NCBI GenBank assembly: GCA_964187785.1
Contig: OZ076413.1
Span: 46,316,001 to 46,376,000 of the forward strand
Source of the DNA: Amphiscolops sp. MND2022
Taxonomy: Eukaryota
Direction: 5' to 3'
DNA length: 60,000 nucleotides
A model generated the notes under the pieces. That model had not been told where the DNA came from. It did no database searches and worked only from the letters and a program-made list of their open reading frames with translations. The translations under genes were made by a program, and so were the position numbers. This document shows positions 13,291 through 25,779 of the stretch, piece by piece; within the stretch, counting starts at the first letter, position 1; every line of letters begins with the position of its first letter.

Positions 13291-14257
13291 CACCCTTAAA
13301 GTTGAATATAAATAATTTGGTGCTTGGCTAAAATATGAAAAAAACGTTTGATTTAAATATTTTCCTTTCCCATATGAAATATGGGCTGAAAATAAAAAAC
13401 CGACTACGTGCTCGTTTCAGCGTGAAACATATGAAGGCAGACTTTTTGCCGTGACATTTCCTACTGTTTCGTTCCTTTTTCAAATTCGGCAGTTTTTCTA
13501 ACTCCCAACCAAACACCAAGTAGCCTGTTGGAAGCATTGTATTTCAAATCAAAATACATGAACTTGATTAAAATGACCCGAAGGTAAACTTTGTAAAATG
13601 TTATTAGCATGTAGTCACCTTTGATAAACGTATAACGTCCTATTCCGATCGAATAAACGATCAAACAAAACTTCTTAATCACTTCAGCTGAAATTTTTTC
13701 GTTCACTCCATAAAGTTGAAAGACGTCAGTGTATAAATGTATTTGAACAAATCGACTTCTTCAGAGATTCGATATACTGAGATGGAATTATGTTATGTGA
13801 AGTGGAGGAATAAAAATAAATTGTCCCTTTTAGTTTATAATCCTCGCTGGAGACTTTGAGGAGTCTATACGGAAGTTGTAGGTTGAAATTAGACCATACT
13901 TAACACAGAAAAGAATTTGGGAATATATTTTGTAGAAGACGTTCTTTCATCTACCGGTCAGAGCTCATTACCTTGAAACAGAACGCTCCTCGAAATAACC
14001 GAATGTATAACTAGGGTAACCATAAGTTTATGAGTTCGTGAAAGCTAAGGAGCTAACTAAATTTATTTTCGTAACGTATTCCAATCATATACCAGTCTAC
14101 GTCAATAGAATACCTACAAAACGGCTCCAACTACCAGTCCATTTGGCAGCGAAACTATAGACATGTGTTTTTGATTCTAACCTTAGTAGCGAAAACCGAC
14201 TGAAGTTTTACAGAACACTAGAAGCGTGTGATAAAAATTTAAGACTTCATTACAAAA

Positions 14258-14445
14258 TATTTGAAAAAATATGATATTTGAAAAAATTGGAACTCAAATT
14301 TCTGAGAACACAATCCTGCAGAAACACAAAACTTTCCTATTTAAAAGAATATTCTTTTTAATAAGAAATTTTCATGTTTCTGCGGGATTGTGTTCTCAGA
14401 AACTTGAGTTCCAAGCTCTTCAAAGATCAGATTTTTTTCCAAATA
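14258..14445. repeat. Imperfect loopless palindrome (fold-back MITE-like)
   Basis: Centre aaaagaat|attctttt at 14350/14351; ttggaactcaaatttctgagaacacaatcc mirrors ggattgtgttctcagaaacttgagttccaa. Confidence 0.9.
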
Positions 14446-16057
14446 CCTTGCATCTAACATAGGATCACTTCAACACTTGCATCCCAGATAGATAGTTACT
14501 TAATAACTTGTCATAATAGCTTTAAAACCATGATCAAAGCATTTTTTGAGGACTTCCAAGAATCAGAATCGATTTTCCAACGGATTATCTTTTCCGAAGA
14601 AAACCCAGCGTTTGATCCCCACTTTTATCAGCTGAGTGGCAAATTAATCACGGTGAACTTTCAATACCTCGGAACAATCTTATCAAGTTTTCTGGTAGTT
14701 CGAGGCTTCTTTTTGTTAAACGAGCCAGAAAGTTGTTAAATGAGCCAGAGCCGTTAGGCTTTCAACGTGGAAGCTTTTCATTTCAAAACTCAGTCTTGGC
14801 TGCATCTGAATATAATGGCTGTATATAATCGAGCCACAAAATCTCATGTGATGTAACGCTCGTTGTATGTAAATCCATATACTCGAACAGCGGCATCAGG
14901 AGGTGCGAAAGGTACTGCAAAGTTTACTAAAACGTGAAATATCATTATGAATTGCAGATGTTTCGAAGAGTTTGTTCCAAGGTACTCAATAGAGTATGAC
15001 GTAATAAGAAAAGCTTCGGTCTCACGTCTGATGTCAATTTTAATTACCCTAATCGAACCCCATGGTGTGTTTGGGTGTACGTCAAGTGTTTATTATGTCT
15101 AGACCAAGGCGGTAAGCCTGAAATGATTTTGCTAGATATAAAAATTAAATCTGAAAAAAAAACATCTCGAAAGCAAAAAGATGGTTATTTGACGTCCTCT
15201 TGAAACAGTATACCCACTCAAAAGAATGTTTGAACACCAAACGAGTCAGTTTGATTCATATCGAAGAAGATTTTTTCGATAAAAAAGGAATAACTTCAGC
15301 CGTTATACACTACAAATTAGCATCATATTTAGGGTGCTTTTTGAAAAGCGGTGATTACAACAGATGAGTAGTTGAGAAATCAAAGTCTGAAGACAACCTG
15401 GAAACCAAGTGGAAAATATTATCAATTTTGAAAGCATAGTGCAAAATGCATTGTTTTTCTACACAATTTACCACCAGAACTCTACTGAATTTTCTGAATG
15501 AAAACATGCAGGTCTGCAACATTCAGAAAAATCCACCAACATCAACCGTTGTACTATCCTCGAAGTACTTTCAAAATAAATTGTAAATGTAAAAGCAATA
15601 AAGAACTGTTTCAAAACTACAAAATTAACCCGTGAGGTTTTTCTTCGGACTAGCAGTTTGAGTATTGAGTCGAGATATTGCGTTTTAACATTTCAATGAA
15701 CACTCCTCAAAATACCATGTGATAATTTTTGAACTATTGCTTAGGCTTCAACAAAAAACCGTTTTATTTATGATCAAAAGTTGAGAGATTTTTACTTCTG
15801 AGACTCTTGTATGAAATAAATAAAATTAGTGATATCGTTGACCAGTTTCAGTCTCTGGCTTTTTGGTAACCTAGTGTTTGAGTTCTATAGATACTAATTG
15901 CGTAGTTAGTTGTTGAAGCATTCTTGTCAACTTATACTTGGTAATGCTTTAATATTATTTTCCGCCCACAAAAATCATGATCTGTGTTGCGTTTTTTTTT
16001 TACAAATTCTGCCAAACCTCCACTTTTAATTACTCCATTTAGTAAAACGAGAAACTA

Positions 16058-16160
16058 GTCACCGTGGCACAGTTGGTAGTGCATCTGCCTGCCAGGCACG
16101 AGGTCATGGTTTCGAACCCGGGCTGGAGCGTTACATTATGTATAGCGGAAAATGTACCTG
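16058..16160 (+). mobile_element. tRNA-derived SINE head / tRNA pseudogene
   Basis: A-box TGGCACAGTTGG, B-box-like GGTTTCGAACCC and tRNA-like spacing, but no pairing acceptor stem. Confidence 0.6.
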
Positions 16161-16244
16161 TGCTTAGCGGGCGTCTTATTTTGACTATCATTTTTTTACT
16201 ATCATTTCAATGAATCGAAAATAAGTTTTCTGCATTTGAGTGTC

Positions 16245-16730
16245 AGGTCAAAACACTGCAATTCAAAATACCAAAGGTCGAAAAACCATAAGTCATAAAA
16301 CCACAGAGTCAAATTACCAGACGATCAAAATACCAGAGGATTAGGTCACCAGGTAATGTACCACGTGAATTACGATTGTTATTTTTTTCCAATAACTTGA
16401 TTACTAATCTTCATTACTAATTTCTAATACCTATTCATCTGGTTAACAGCTCAACCTTAATTTTTAAAATTCAGTTTAAGGTCATTGTTTACACTTGACT
16501 AGTGTGTAAAAGGATGCTTTCGAACAACAGTCTAACTGTCATCACCAATGCAACTAGTACTTTTGTTTCGAAAGCGGCAGCCTTCAAAGAAAGTTTCAAA
16601 CAAAGCTAATTGAAGTCAAGACGCGTATTCAAACATCACCCTCCAATTATTTTCACCTCTGAATATCATCACGCAATCGTTCGATTCTAACTGGTAGTTT
16701 GACCGTCTGGTAATTTGACTCAGCAGGTAA
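16245..16730. mobile_element. MITE-like element with repeated subterminal motifs
   Basis: gagtcaaattaccagacgatcaaaataccag (~16306-16336) is inverted at ctggtagtttgaccgtctggtaatttgactc (~16691-16721). Confidence 0.55.
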
Positions 16731-17302
16731 CCCTGCATTTGATTTGCTCCAGATAAGTCGTGTCGTCAGAGCCAGTACAAGAAGCTTATTGTATACTTTT
16801 TTCAACTTGCATGACTTCGAAGGTTAAGGAAAGGTTGTTTCTTTAGGAGCTTTGTGAAAATGGATGTTTTACAGGAAAACTGCTACGGTCACGGACGAGA
16901 CGTAGGTTATGACGATTTTCAACGTGACTTGAATTTCCTGGTTTATGGAAACCCGAGAAACTTCCCCCACAAGATTCTTTAGCCGATTGAAATCATCTAG
17001 TGAGAGTCTGGGAAGATTAATGGGATTCCAATTTGAGACTTGATTTAATTTGTTTTCTCAAATTTGCATAACTTGTTGTACAACTGTCGGAAGAAGTCTC
17101 GACGGCCAAGTTGGAACGAGTCTCAACGGCTGCTATTGGCATCGTTTGGCTATTCTTTTCCCTGCGAATATAGATGGATTTCGTTCATCAACTTATATAA
17201 CCAAGTCAGTCAACTCCGACAAACATCGATCGAGTGTGTTCAAGCTGGATTCTGAGGAAAATATTAAAGTAAGAAAAGAAGTAGGACTTAAAGTTTTGTT
17301 GA

Positions 17303-19218
17303 TGTCGCAGGCTGCCGCCTGTGACGGTACGACAGTGACTACATCGGCAAATGGGCAAGAGTTTGTGCCCGGAACACTACCCATCTATTGATCAGGTTAA
17401 AACACGGAACTTAAAAACTTTTTGCCAATTTGATTATTCAATACATAGTACGTTTGTTAATGTTGCTGGTCTTAATATATATTTGCATATGTAAAATTAG
17501 TCTGTTAAAACTACATTTGAAGGCCCAAAACAATGTAATTGTGGTTCAAAAGTTGAAAGGTGCTTTGCGATTATGAAAGTAATACGTAGCAATATAGCTG
17601 TACAACGTAAAGGAAACGAGTTCAAGTGACGCTCAGCGATAATCCAAAAACGTCACTTGAGCTCATTCTCCCAACCAATCACAGCTCTTCAATTCACGAG
17701 AGCAATATGGCTTTGATTTGGTAGCGGCCGAACATGGCCAATTAACTTAATATCCACAGATTGTTTTGTACTTTGGTCAAATGGCCGGTTTAGGCCGTCT
17801 TAACGTAATCAATGATGCTGTATTACCTGTACCCCATAATTAACCACATTGGTTGGGGATTATTCTAGAAGTATTTTAATTTTGAAATAATACCAACGTA
17901 CCCTTCAACGGACCAAATGAACTAAATGTTGATCAAAGGCCGAATAGGGTCTTTTACCTTTTCTCCCCCTAGTATTGTGCTATTAACCAGGATTTGGCCA
18001 ATTTCGGCCCTTTTTGGGAAATACCCCTATTTAGTGATGCAGTGATATTTAAATAGATTAGACATGTATTATTTGAATTTGCTTCCCCCTACGATGACCT
18101 ATAGCCACGTGGTGGCACGTGCTAACACTGCATACCAGTGCTACGAGCCTCGCATTCCAACAACGAGCTTAACATTTGTTGACATTGCATTAAAAAAATG
18201 TAGAATAGATATGTTGTTTGAAGTACCGTTAAGGATATTTACCATTATGTTGATTGTTTGATGTTACATTTCGGGAGACAAATATGTCAAGAATTCTCCC
18301 AATCAGGATTTCACAGAAATATGTGATTGATGCTTTCCGATGATATAGGAAATATGTAAACGGAAATTCTTATGGTGCAAATACCTTTCAAAACCATACC
18401 TGTTAAATACCAGAGATATGTAAAAATCAAGTGCATTACATACCTCACGATGTCAACCTTGGATGAAAATATGTAAAATATGTGAGTGTCACCCGCTCAG
18501 GGGTATAAATACCGGTGTTTAGCCTGAGCGGGACACAATTCATATTATACGACTCTAGAAAAGATTGATTTCCAAACGGCTTCGCTGTTATTTCCGTATT
18601 GATTAATTTATTGTTAATTCGGAATTGTTTCTATGCCTACTACTAGAAAACAGAAAAAGGCAAGAAAGTCAAGAGGACTCGAGATGTTGTCAGATATCGA
18701 GAACATAGACATTATGTTAGGAGAAAATCATTTTAACACAAGAGAGAGAGAAAGTAGCTTGAACAGTAACTTGCCTAGAAGGTCTAGAAGCTTTGCAGGC
18801 AATGAATCTGAGAATGAAAATGCAAATGTGAGTAGAAATCAGAGAAATGATCACTCTAGAACAAATACCGAATATGACCAAAAATCAGTTACAGCCAACT
18901 CTAGTGCTGAGATTAACAGGTTGTCAAGTGAATTGAATTCCCGTATTTCACGGGAAATGGACGAGATGATGAATTCTGTGAGTGTTCAGATTCAGAGGAC
19001 CATAAATGATGCGATAAGTACTCAGATACTTCCTCAAATCCAAAACGCTATTATGGCCAGATCGGGACATGGGACCGGAAAAAGATGGGGCGTTCCGTCC
19101 GAGAGACCGGAACTAAATTCCGAAGTTCAGCGAAACTTAAATGCGAAAAATAACTCTAGGAATGAACAGGATGAGAATCAGTTAAACAATGACTACCCTG
19201 ATCTAAACGTTCATGACA
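17303..19218 (+). repeat. 5' LTR of element 1
   Basis: Direct repeat of 31775-33690; about two dozen substitutions counted by eye (~99% identity), equal length. Confidence 0.97.
18504..18511 (+). promoter_or_regulatory. Putative TATA box in LTR
   Basis: TATAAATA about 125 bp upstream of the gag ATG; present in both LTRs. Confidence 0.6.
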
Positions 19219-20345
19219 TGGTGACAGGAGACAACGAATCTCCAAATCCAGTTCCTGAGTTTCTCACAGGACGAATCTCATCCCGAAATCATCTCGACAG
19301 GTCCTTCGAGGACGTCAACATCGACACGACGATCCCAGCACAAGGGAGAATCGCTACGGCTGCTGAATCCGACCCCATCACTCGACTGGCAGACGTCTTG
19401 ACTACAATGCAGAATAGACCGACAGCCCAACAACTTACCATACGCCCAGTCAACTCAAATACCATGACATTCGATGGCAAAAGTGAGAAATTCGAGCTGT
19501 TCGAAGACCTATTTCACACTATGATCAAGATGCAGCCAGAAAATACTGAGCAAATGAAGATCAATCACTTCCACTCCTTATTGAGGAAGAATGCTCTTCA
19601 GACATTCAGAAATATCAGCTCAAGCAACCGACAAACTCTAGAGGACGTATTAGTCATCTTTAGACGGAAATACGTCAAACCCGAGTCACAGGCGACTGCC
19701 AAACATAAATGGCACCGTCTAGTCTTCGATCCCAATACGATGAAGCTGCCTGATTTTCTCGAAGAATTAAACCAGGGAGCCGAGAAGGCGTTTGGTGATC
19801 AAGCACAGAAAATGATTGACAGCTTGCTCTATGCCCAGCTGCCACCTAAGTTGAAGCGGTCTGTCAACATGGCCAGATTAAAAAATGGCTCATATGATGA
19901 AATTGTTGCTCATTTGGAGAGAGAGTTGGAACTCAACGCCCTTGAGGAATCAGATGACCTACCAATGGCCACAATGACCTCCTCGACTACAAAATCTAAA
20001 ACTCCTCTGTCCACTGGGCAAATGTCAGACATTACTTGCAATTATTGCAAGGAAAAAGGCCACATGGTCAAAGACTGCGAAAAACTGAAAAAGAAAAAAG
20101 AGAAAGATGTCCAACAAGGCAAGTCAACGCAGAAGAAAACATACCCGGAGTGTGGCACTTGTGGCAAAAAGAACCACCCGGAAGAACGATGTTGGCAAGG
20201 TGCTGGTGCACATCTTAAACCCAAACGCACTAGGCCTGAGGACTCAACTGAAAATAAGCCCAATCCAAAGGCTCAGAAACCTCAGACCAAACCGACATCA
20301 TCGAGCTCCCAATCCTCATATACTAATGATGAGTCAAAAAACTAA
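18633..20345 (+). CDS. gag: Gag polyprotein (570 aa, intact) with two CCHC zinc knuckles
   Basis: CNYCKEKGHMVKDC and CGTCGKKNHPEERC; capsid-like region FDGKSEKFELFEDLF...; lies upstream of pol. Confidence 0.93.
   Translation: MPTTRKQKKARKSRGLEMLSDIENIDIMLGENHFNTRERESSLNSNLPRRSRSFAGNESENENANVSRNQRNDHSRTNTEYDQKSVTANSSAEINRLSSELNSRISREMDEMMNSVSVQIQRTINDAISTQILPQIQNAIMARSGHGTGKRWGVPSERPELNSEVQRNLNAKNNSRNEQDENQLNNDYPDLNVHDMVTGDNESPNPVPEFLTGRISSRNHLDRSFEDVNIDTTIPAQGRIATAAESDPITRLADVLTTMQNRPTAQQLTIRPVNSNTMTFDGKSEKFELFEDLFHTMIKMQPENTEQMKINHFHSLLRKNALQTFRNISSSNRQTLEDVLVIFRRKYVKPESQATAKHKWHRLVFDPNTMKLPDFLEELNQGAEKAFGDQAQKMIDSLLYAQLPPKLKRSVNMARLKNGSYDEIVAHLERELELNALEESDDLPMATMTSSTTKSKTPLSTGQMSDITCNYCKEKGHMVKDCEKLKKKKEKDVQQGKSTQKKTYPECGTCGKKNHPEERCWQGAGAHLKPKRTRPEDSTENKPNPKAQKPQTKPTSSSSQSSYTNDESKN
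19219..19230 (+). other. Primer-binding site of element 1 (resembles tRNA-Leu complement)
   Basis: TGGTGACAGGAG immediately after the LTR-terminal CA; tRNA identity tentative. Confidence 0.7.
20336..20342 (+). promoter_or_regulatory. -1 ribosomal frameshift slippery heptamer A AAA AAC
   Basis: Directly before the gag TAA, in X XXY YYZ phase; pol is in the -1 frame. Confidence 0.8.
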
Positions 20346-23300
20346 CTTCGCCACGACTCCAATATAACGAACTAATATCTGTCCGACAATACATCAGATC
20401 GGACCCTCCAACGCAAACTTTCCACCAATACAATCAGCAATTGATGGGCTATCCCTCTGTTGTCTGGCAGCAGAAGATGGAAAAAGCTACCACCATCACC
20501 TACAATAACACCCATTTATTCCAGAAACCAATTCCTGTTTGGGACCCTGATTACACCACTACCTTCACCACCCGCTTCAGACCCATTCCCCTAATCGATG
20601 ATTAAAATCCGACATACATCGATCCAGACTACGGCAGAGATCCCTACTGGGACACCGAGCTTTACAACCAAGATTCACTACAATTTCAATATGTCCTGGA
20701 CGATATTGAACATTATAATAGAACAGTCCACGAGAACCCTCCAATTACCCATAACTAGAAAACAAGAGCGCTAATTGAAAACTGGCAAATGAATGATGGA
20801 ACAAACCATCCAGTGTTCCCAAACCCATTGGGGACCGAGACACAAGACAGCAATGTTGAACCCATACCACAATCATTGCTAGACGAAAAACAGTTCCAAA
20901 ATGTCTTAATCACTAGAGACGGTGAACCAGACTGTAAACCCCTGTCAACCAACATCAACCTCAAATGCAAAAAACGCATGTTGTATTTCCCAATGGACTT
21001 TGGGGAATTGACCATTGACGGACTCATTGACACTGGAGCGCTATCCAGTGCAATTCCTGAAATGGACCTCCGGAAAATTCGACTTTTATCTCCACAATCC
21101 GTTATCCGGGAAGGTCCGCCTCCGAACTTCCAAATCATGGTCGCTATTGGGCAATTGGAAACTCCTAAGAGTACCATAGAGCTCAAATTTGAGGTTGGTG
21201 ACATCGAGTTTCATGAGATCTTTATAGTAATGGAACACTTGACAGGACCGATTATCGGACTAATGTTCCTTCAGAGAAACCATACAGTTCTGGATATGAG
21301 ACAAGGAATCCTGAATTTCCCGTTCTTTTCAATGCAGCTCAAAACAGCTGATCACAAATACTCAAACGTCCTTGAACCAATTCTCAACCCTATTGAGACA
21401 ACTATTCCACCAAATGATAGAGTCCTAATTAGGACCAATTCCCTACTCTACCCTGAGAATTCTGTCACTGGAATTCTGCAACCGAGCGAAATTCTACATG
21501 AGGAAGGCGACATCACGTTTTGCCCAGCTTTAGTCACTCTGAATGACGGCAATATATTGATATCAGTGAACAATTTCACAGACCACCCTTATAAACTCAA
21601 AAAGGGACTTCATATTGCCAATTTCTCTGTCATGACGCCAGAACAGATGAAGTATGTCAAACCGGTAGATCCGACATCAACCTAGCACGTTCTACAGAAT
21701 GACCAGGAGCAGGCAGCCCACTATGTCAGCAGTCTCATCAAGACCAATAGAAATCCACGAAACTCCGAAAATTATTGGTTCCCGACTCCAGAAAATCCTG
21801 GAAATCCTGAGGAACACACACCTATACAAAAACGAATCCTTCGAGAATTACAGGCCTTACAAGACCTAGAGACACTTGACCCAAAAGATGGGGAATCACG
21901 TGCAAAATTCTTAGAAAACTTCGATTGGAAAGATTCCACCCTTACTCCTGAAGAGAAGGAGAAAATAGAGGAATTGTTAGTAGAATTCCATGACATCTTT
22001 GCACGACACCGATTTGATATAGGCATGAACCAGGACTTCAAGGTGAAACTGACGCCTAAGGACGATTCCCCAGCCTATAGTCAAAGCCTTCCAGCTCCTA
22101 TCAATCTGAAGGAGGACATCCTAGTTGAATTAGCCATGTTACACAAATATGGCATAATAACTACACTGCCATTTTCGAAATACGCAAGTCCAATAATCGC
22201 ACAAAAGAAGCCGAATGGGAAACTCCGACTCTTGGTTGACTTGAGAAAAATCAACAACCTCATCTCGGATGATTACATCAACAATAATCACCCCGTCAGC
22301 ACACTAGTTGATGCTGCCCAACACTTGGCAGGCAAAAAACTGTTCTGTAAATTAGACTGTTCGCAGGCATACCACTGCCTACCAATGGCCGACCAACGCT
22401 CAATCGAAAAGTTGGCTTTCTATTTTGCCAGTCGCACATTCGTTTACAGACGCTTGGCACAAGGCCTTAGTCGGTCACTATCCGCATTCTCAAGTTTCAT
22501 GAGAGAATACCTTGACAAAGTCATTAAAGCGGATCAGTGTGCCCAGTATGTGGACGATATCGGCATCGCAGCCAATGATGTCGACCACCTCATGACGAAC
22601 CTGAGAGCTACGTTCAAATGCATTCAGGAAGCAGGCCTTAAGGTAACAATGCACAAATGTCACTTCGGTGCAAAAGAAATTGATTTTCTCGGACGGACTA
22701 TTACCCCACAAGGCGTCAAACCCCAGAAACAGAACGTACAAAACTTTCTGGAAAAGACCAAATTCCCGAAGTCGAAAAAGGCTTTACAACGATACTTGGG
22801 ATTCCTAAACTACTACAGGAATTATGTCCCAAGACTCTCGGAACGCCTTGCTCCATTCTAAAAGATGCTCAAAAGTGACGAAAATGTCCTAGTATCGAAA
22901 GAATTAGTCCAACAATTCGAAGAAATCAATAGGGCGCTAGACAAATGTTGCGACTTGGCCCTACAGCAACCCATTCCAAACAAGCAAATAGAACTAATGA
23001 CTGACGCAAGTTTTGGTGCGGCCGGCTACGCGGTCCTAATCGAAGACGACCCAAGCCGGAAATTTACGTCGCTCAGAAAATCGTATGCACCAGTCGCATA
23101 TGGATCAAAAACTTTCACCCCAGTACAGATCAAAATGTCAATTTATGCCAAGGAATTCCTTGCAATTTATTTTGCATTCAAAGAATTCGGACATATCTTC
23201 TGGGGTGCGCCGAAACCGGTCATCATCCTTACAGACAACAAAGCTGTCACGAGATTTTTTCAAACAAAAATAAAACCCCCAGCCCTGTGGAACGCGTGCG

Positions 23301-25534
23301 ATTATGTCATTCAGTTCAATTTTGTCATAGCACACATCCCAGGGGCACAAAATACAGCTGCCGACTATTTGTCCCGATTGGAAGCAGATCCGAAGGACAA
23401 ATTGGTGATGAAAGTTCGTGAAGATGTACAAACACTACCAATCGAAATCAATGTCCAATCCGCAGGGGTGTCGCAAGAAGAACAAATCTTCTACACCAAT
23501 GACGACGATGAGACAGAAGAACAGTTGTGGGCAAGAAAAGAAGCAATCAGGAAAAATCCAGCAACTGATGAGACCACTGTTACTATACAAACTATGTCAA
23601 CAAATCTGGTCAAGCAACACTCCGATATACAAGTCCGATTGAGGAAAACGAACCAGATCATTATCGAGCAATCCAAAGATGCAGTTCTACAGATTGAAAG
23701 CAAAACTGCTTCATGAAGAGTATTCAGAAAATTTACTGCACCAGGATGCCCGATATAGACATTACGCAAACAATCTGGAACGGATTGTACTAAAGGACGA
23801 AATCCTAGCAAGGCAATATTTTGATGAAACAGGGAACGTTAAAAACCATCAAATTCTGCTCTCGCAACATTTACTTCAGGAACTGCTTAAGTCTCTCCAC
23901 GGGACAGGACATAAACATCCTGGGATTTCAAAAATGTTACAGGAAATTCGACAGAGGTATTACTACCCTAGCATGGCTAAACACGTCAAAAAGTGGGTAG
24001 AAGGGTGCGAACAATGTGCCAGAGACAAAAGAGTCCCTAACGCAACGATCACACCTGAGCTGCTCAACTTGCCCGAATGGGACCTTGGACCTGAAGACGC
24101 CATGCAAATCGACCTATTACCGAATCTCCCCCCAAGTGGAGGGTATGAAAATGTCCTAACAGCAATAGACGTATTTTCCAGATATTTGTTAGCATATCCC
24201 CTACGGACGCATCAGCGATCAATGTATCAAAAGTGCTCATTGACATTATGACTAAACACTCATATTTACCAACGACTCTTATCACTGATAAAGGTACTGC
24301 ATTTACTTCTACAATTATTGCGGAGGTTACGCAGATTTTGGGCATCACACTCAAATGTGCAACGACGAAACACCCGCAGACAATTGGGAAATTGGAGCGA
24401 ACTCATGCCTCATTGAAAACAAATCTCAAAATGGCATGTGGAGAATATCGCCGACAATGGCACAAATACTTGCCATTAGCAGTACTGAATCATAATACTA
24501 CTTACCACGCCAGCATCGGTTGTGAGCCAACGAGAGTATTTCATGGAAGAATTCCATTGAATATTTTGGATCACAAGCTTGGAAATAATCCAAACGAGCA
24601 AATTAACCCCACAACCGAATTTGCTGAAGAAATCCAAAACCGGACAAAAATCCTGATTGACAAAACGAAGCAGAACATTATGCAGTCGTATATCAAGTAC
24701 AAAGAATATTACGACCGCAAAGCAAAAGCCGCTCCACTAAAGGAGAACGAATACTGTTTTGTCTTACAGCCGAAAGCGGACAATCAAGGATCAAAAATTC
24801 CATTCCGCGATTATCGGTGGGTTGGACCATTTATAGTCCAAAAAGTTTTACCTAACGAAAATTTTATTGTGAGACGAATCAACGCAAACAAGACTCAAAT
24901 ATTACATCGAATTCGCCCTAAAAAGTTTGTCCCTAATCAGCCTCTTGAGGACAATTTCCAAGAACAACAGTTGCAGCCAGACGAAGAAATTGTCATTCCG
25001 CAAGATGATTTATACGTCATAACGTGGGAAACCGACTTTGGCGAGCAGCTAGTTACACGAGGCAACGAGACTATTCCGACCAGCATGCCGAATGGCGAAC
25101 GACCGAATGCGGCAGAAACGAATACAAATGACGTAGCCGAGAATGAAGCGGATTACATAATCACTAGTGACGAAACAAGTTACGCTGACCACGCGGCGCG
25201 GAGCCGGAATGAAAGATTAAATCATGACGTCACAAAAAGGAATAACGCTAGTGAAGCGGCTAGCAATGACAAATCTGATTGGCCGAATCCGGCCGTTTCC
25301 CCAAAAAACCAAGAAAAAACCTTGCCGAATACGGCAGATAGACTGGAAAACGATGAAATATTTTCAGAAAGAAACTTGACGAATGAAAGCGATACTCAAA
25401 ATTCTCCAAACAAGGGGGATGATAGTATCGTGCCCAAAATATCTGAAAATGATGCTAGGAATGAAAGTGTGAGCCCTAGAGGAGGGAAATATAATCTCAG
25501 GCCTAACCCTAACCCAAAATACTTCAGATACTAA
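20342..25534 (+). pseudogene. pol: Pol (protease, RT, RNase H, integrase), disabled
   Basis: LIDTGA, LDCSQAY, YVDDI, TDAS/NTAADYLSR, HHCC finger, integrase core and WVGPF; in-frame stops at 20603, 20756, 21683 and 22859, frameshifts near 23690 and 24200. Confidence 0.95.
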
Positions 25535-25779
25535 GAATTGAATTCTTCCCGAAAATGGGAGTTCTTTTCTACTATCTTTCTTTTCGTTTTTTTCTGGTCC
25601 CTCTACTATCTTTTGAATAAATAATGGGACAAATGATAGACCCCTTTCAAATAAATAAATACAGGGGTTGAAAGATGCAAACAACGAAGAAACAGAAATT
25701 AAGAGTAAATGAGAAAATAAAACAATGAAAGAAATGAACAAAGGTTACAGTCCGAAAGTACATAAATACATATGTACAT

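Noticed and set aside
8700..16000. Numerous short ORFs
   Set aside because: Phe/Lys-rich translations of AT-rich repeats with no recognisable motifs
16058..16130. Functional tRNA-Gly(GCC) gene
   Set aside because: Acceptor and anticodon stems do not pair properly and the B-box is altered; better explained as a SINE head
17050..17391. 113-aa ORF sharing its C-terminus with the 31612-31863 ORF
   Set aside because: Chance fusion of flanking DNA with the LTR-encoded tail
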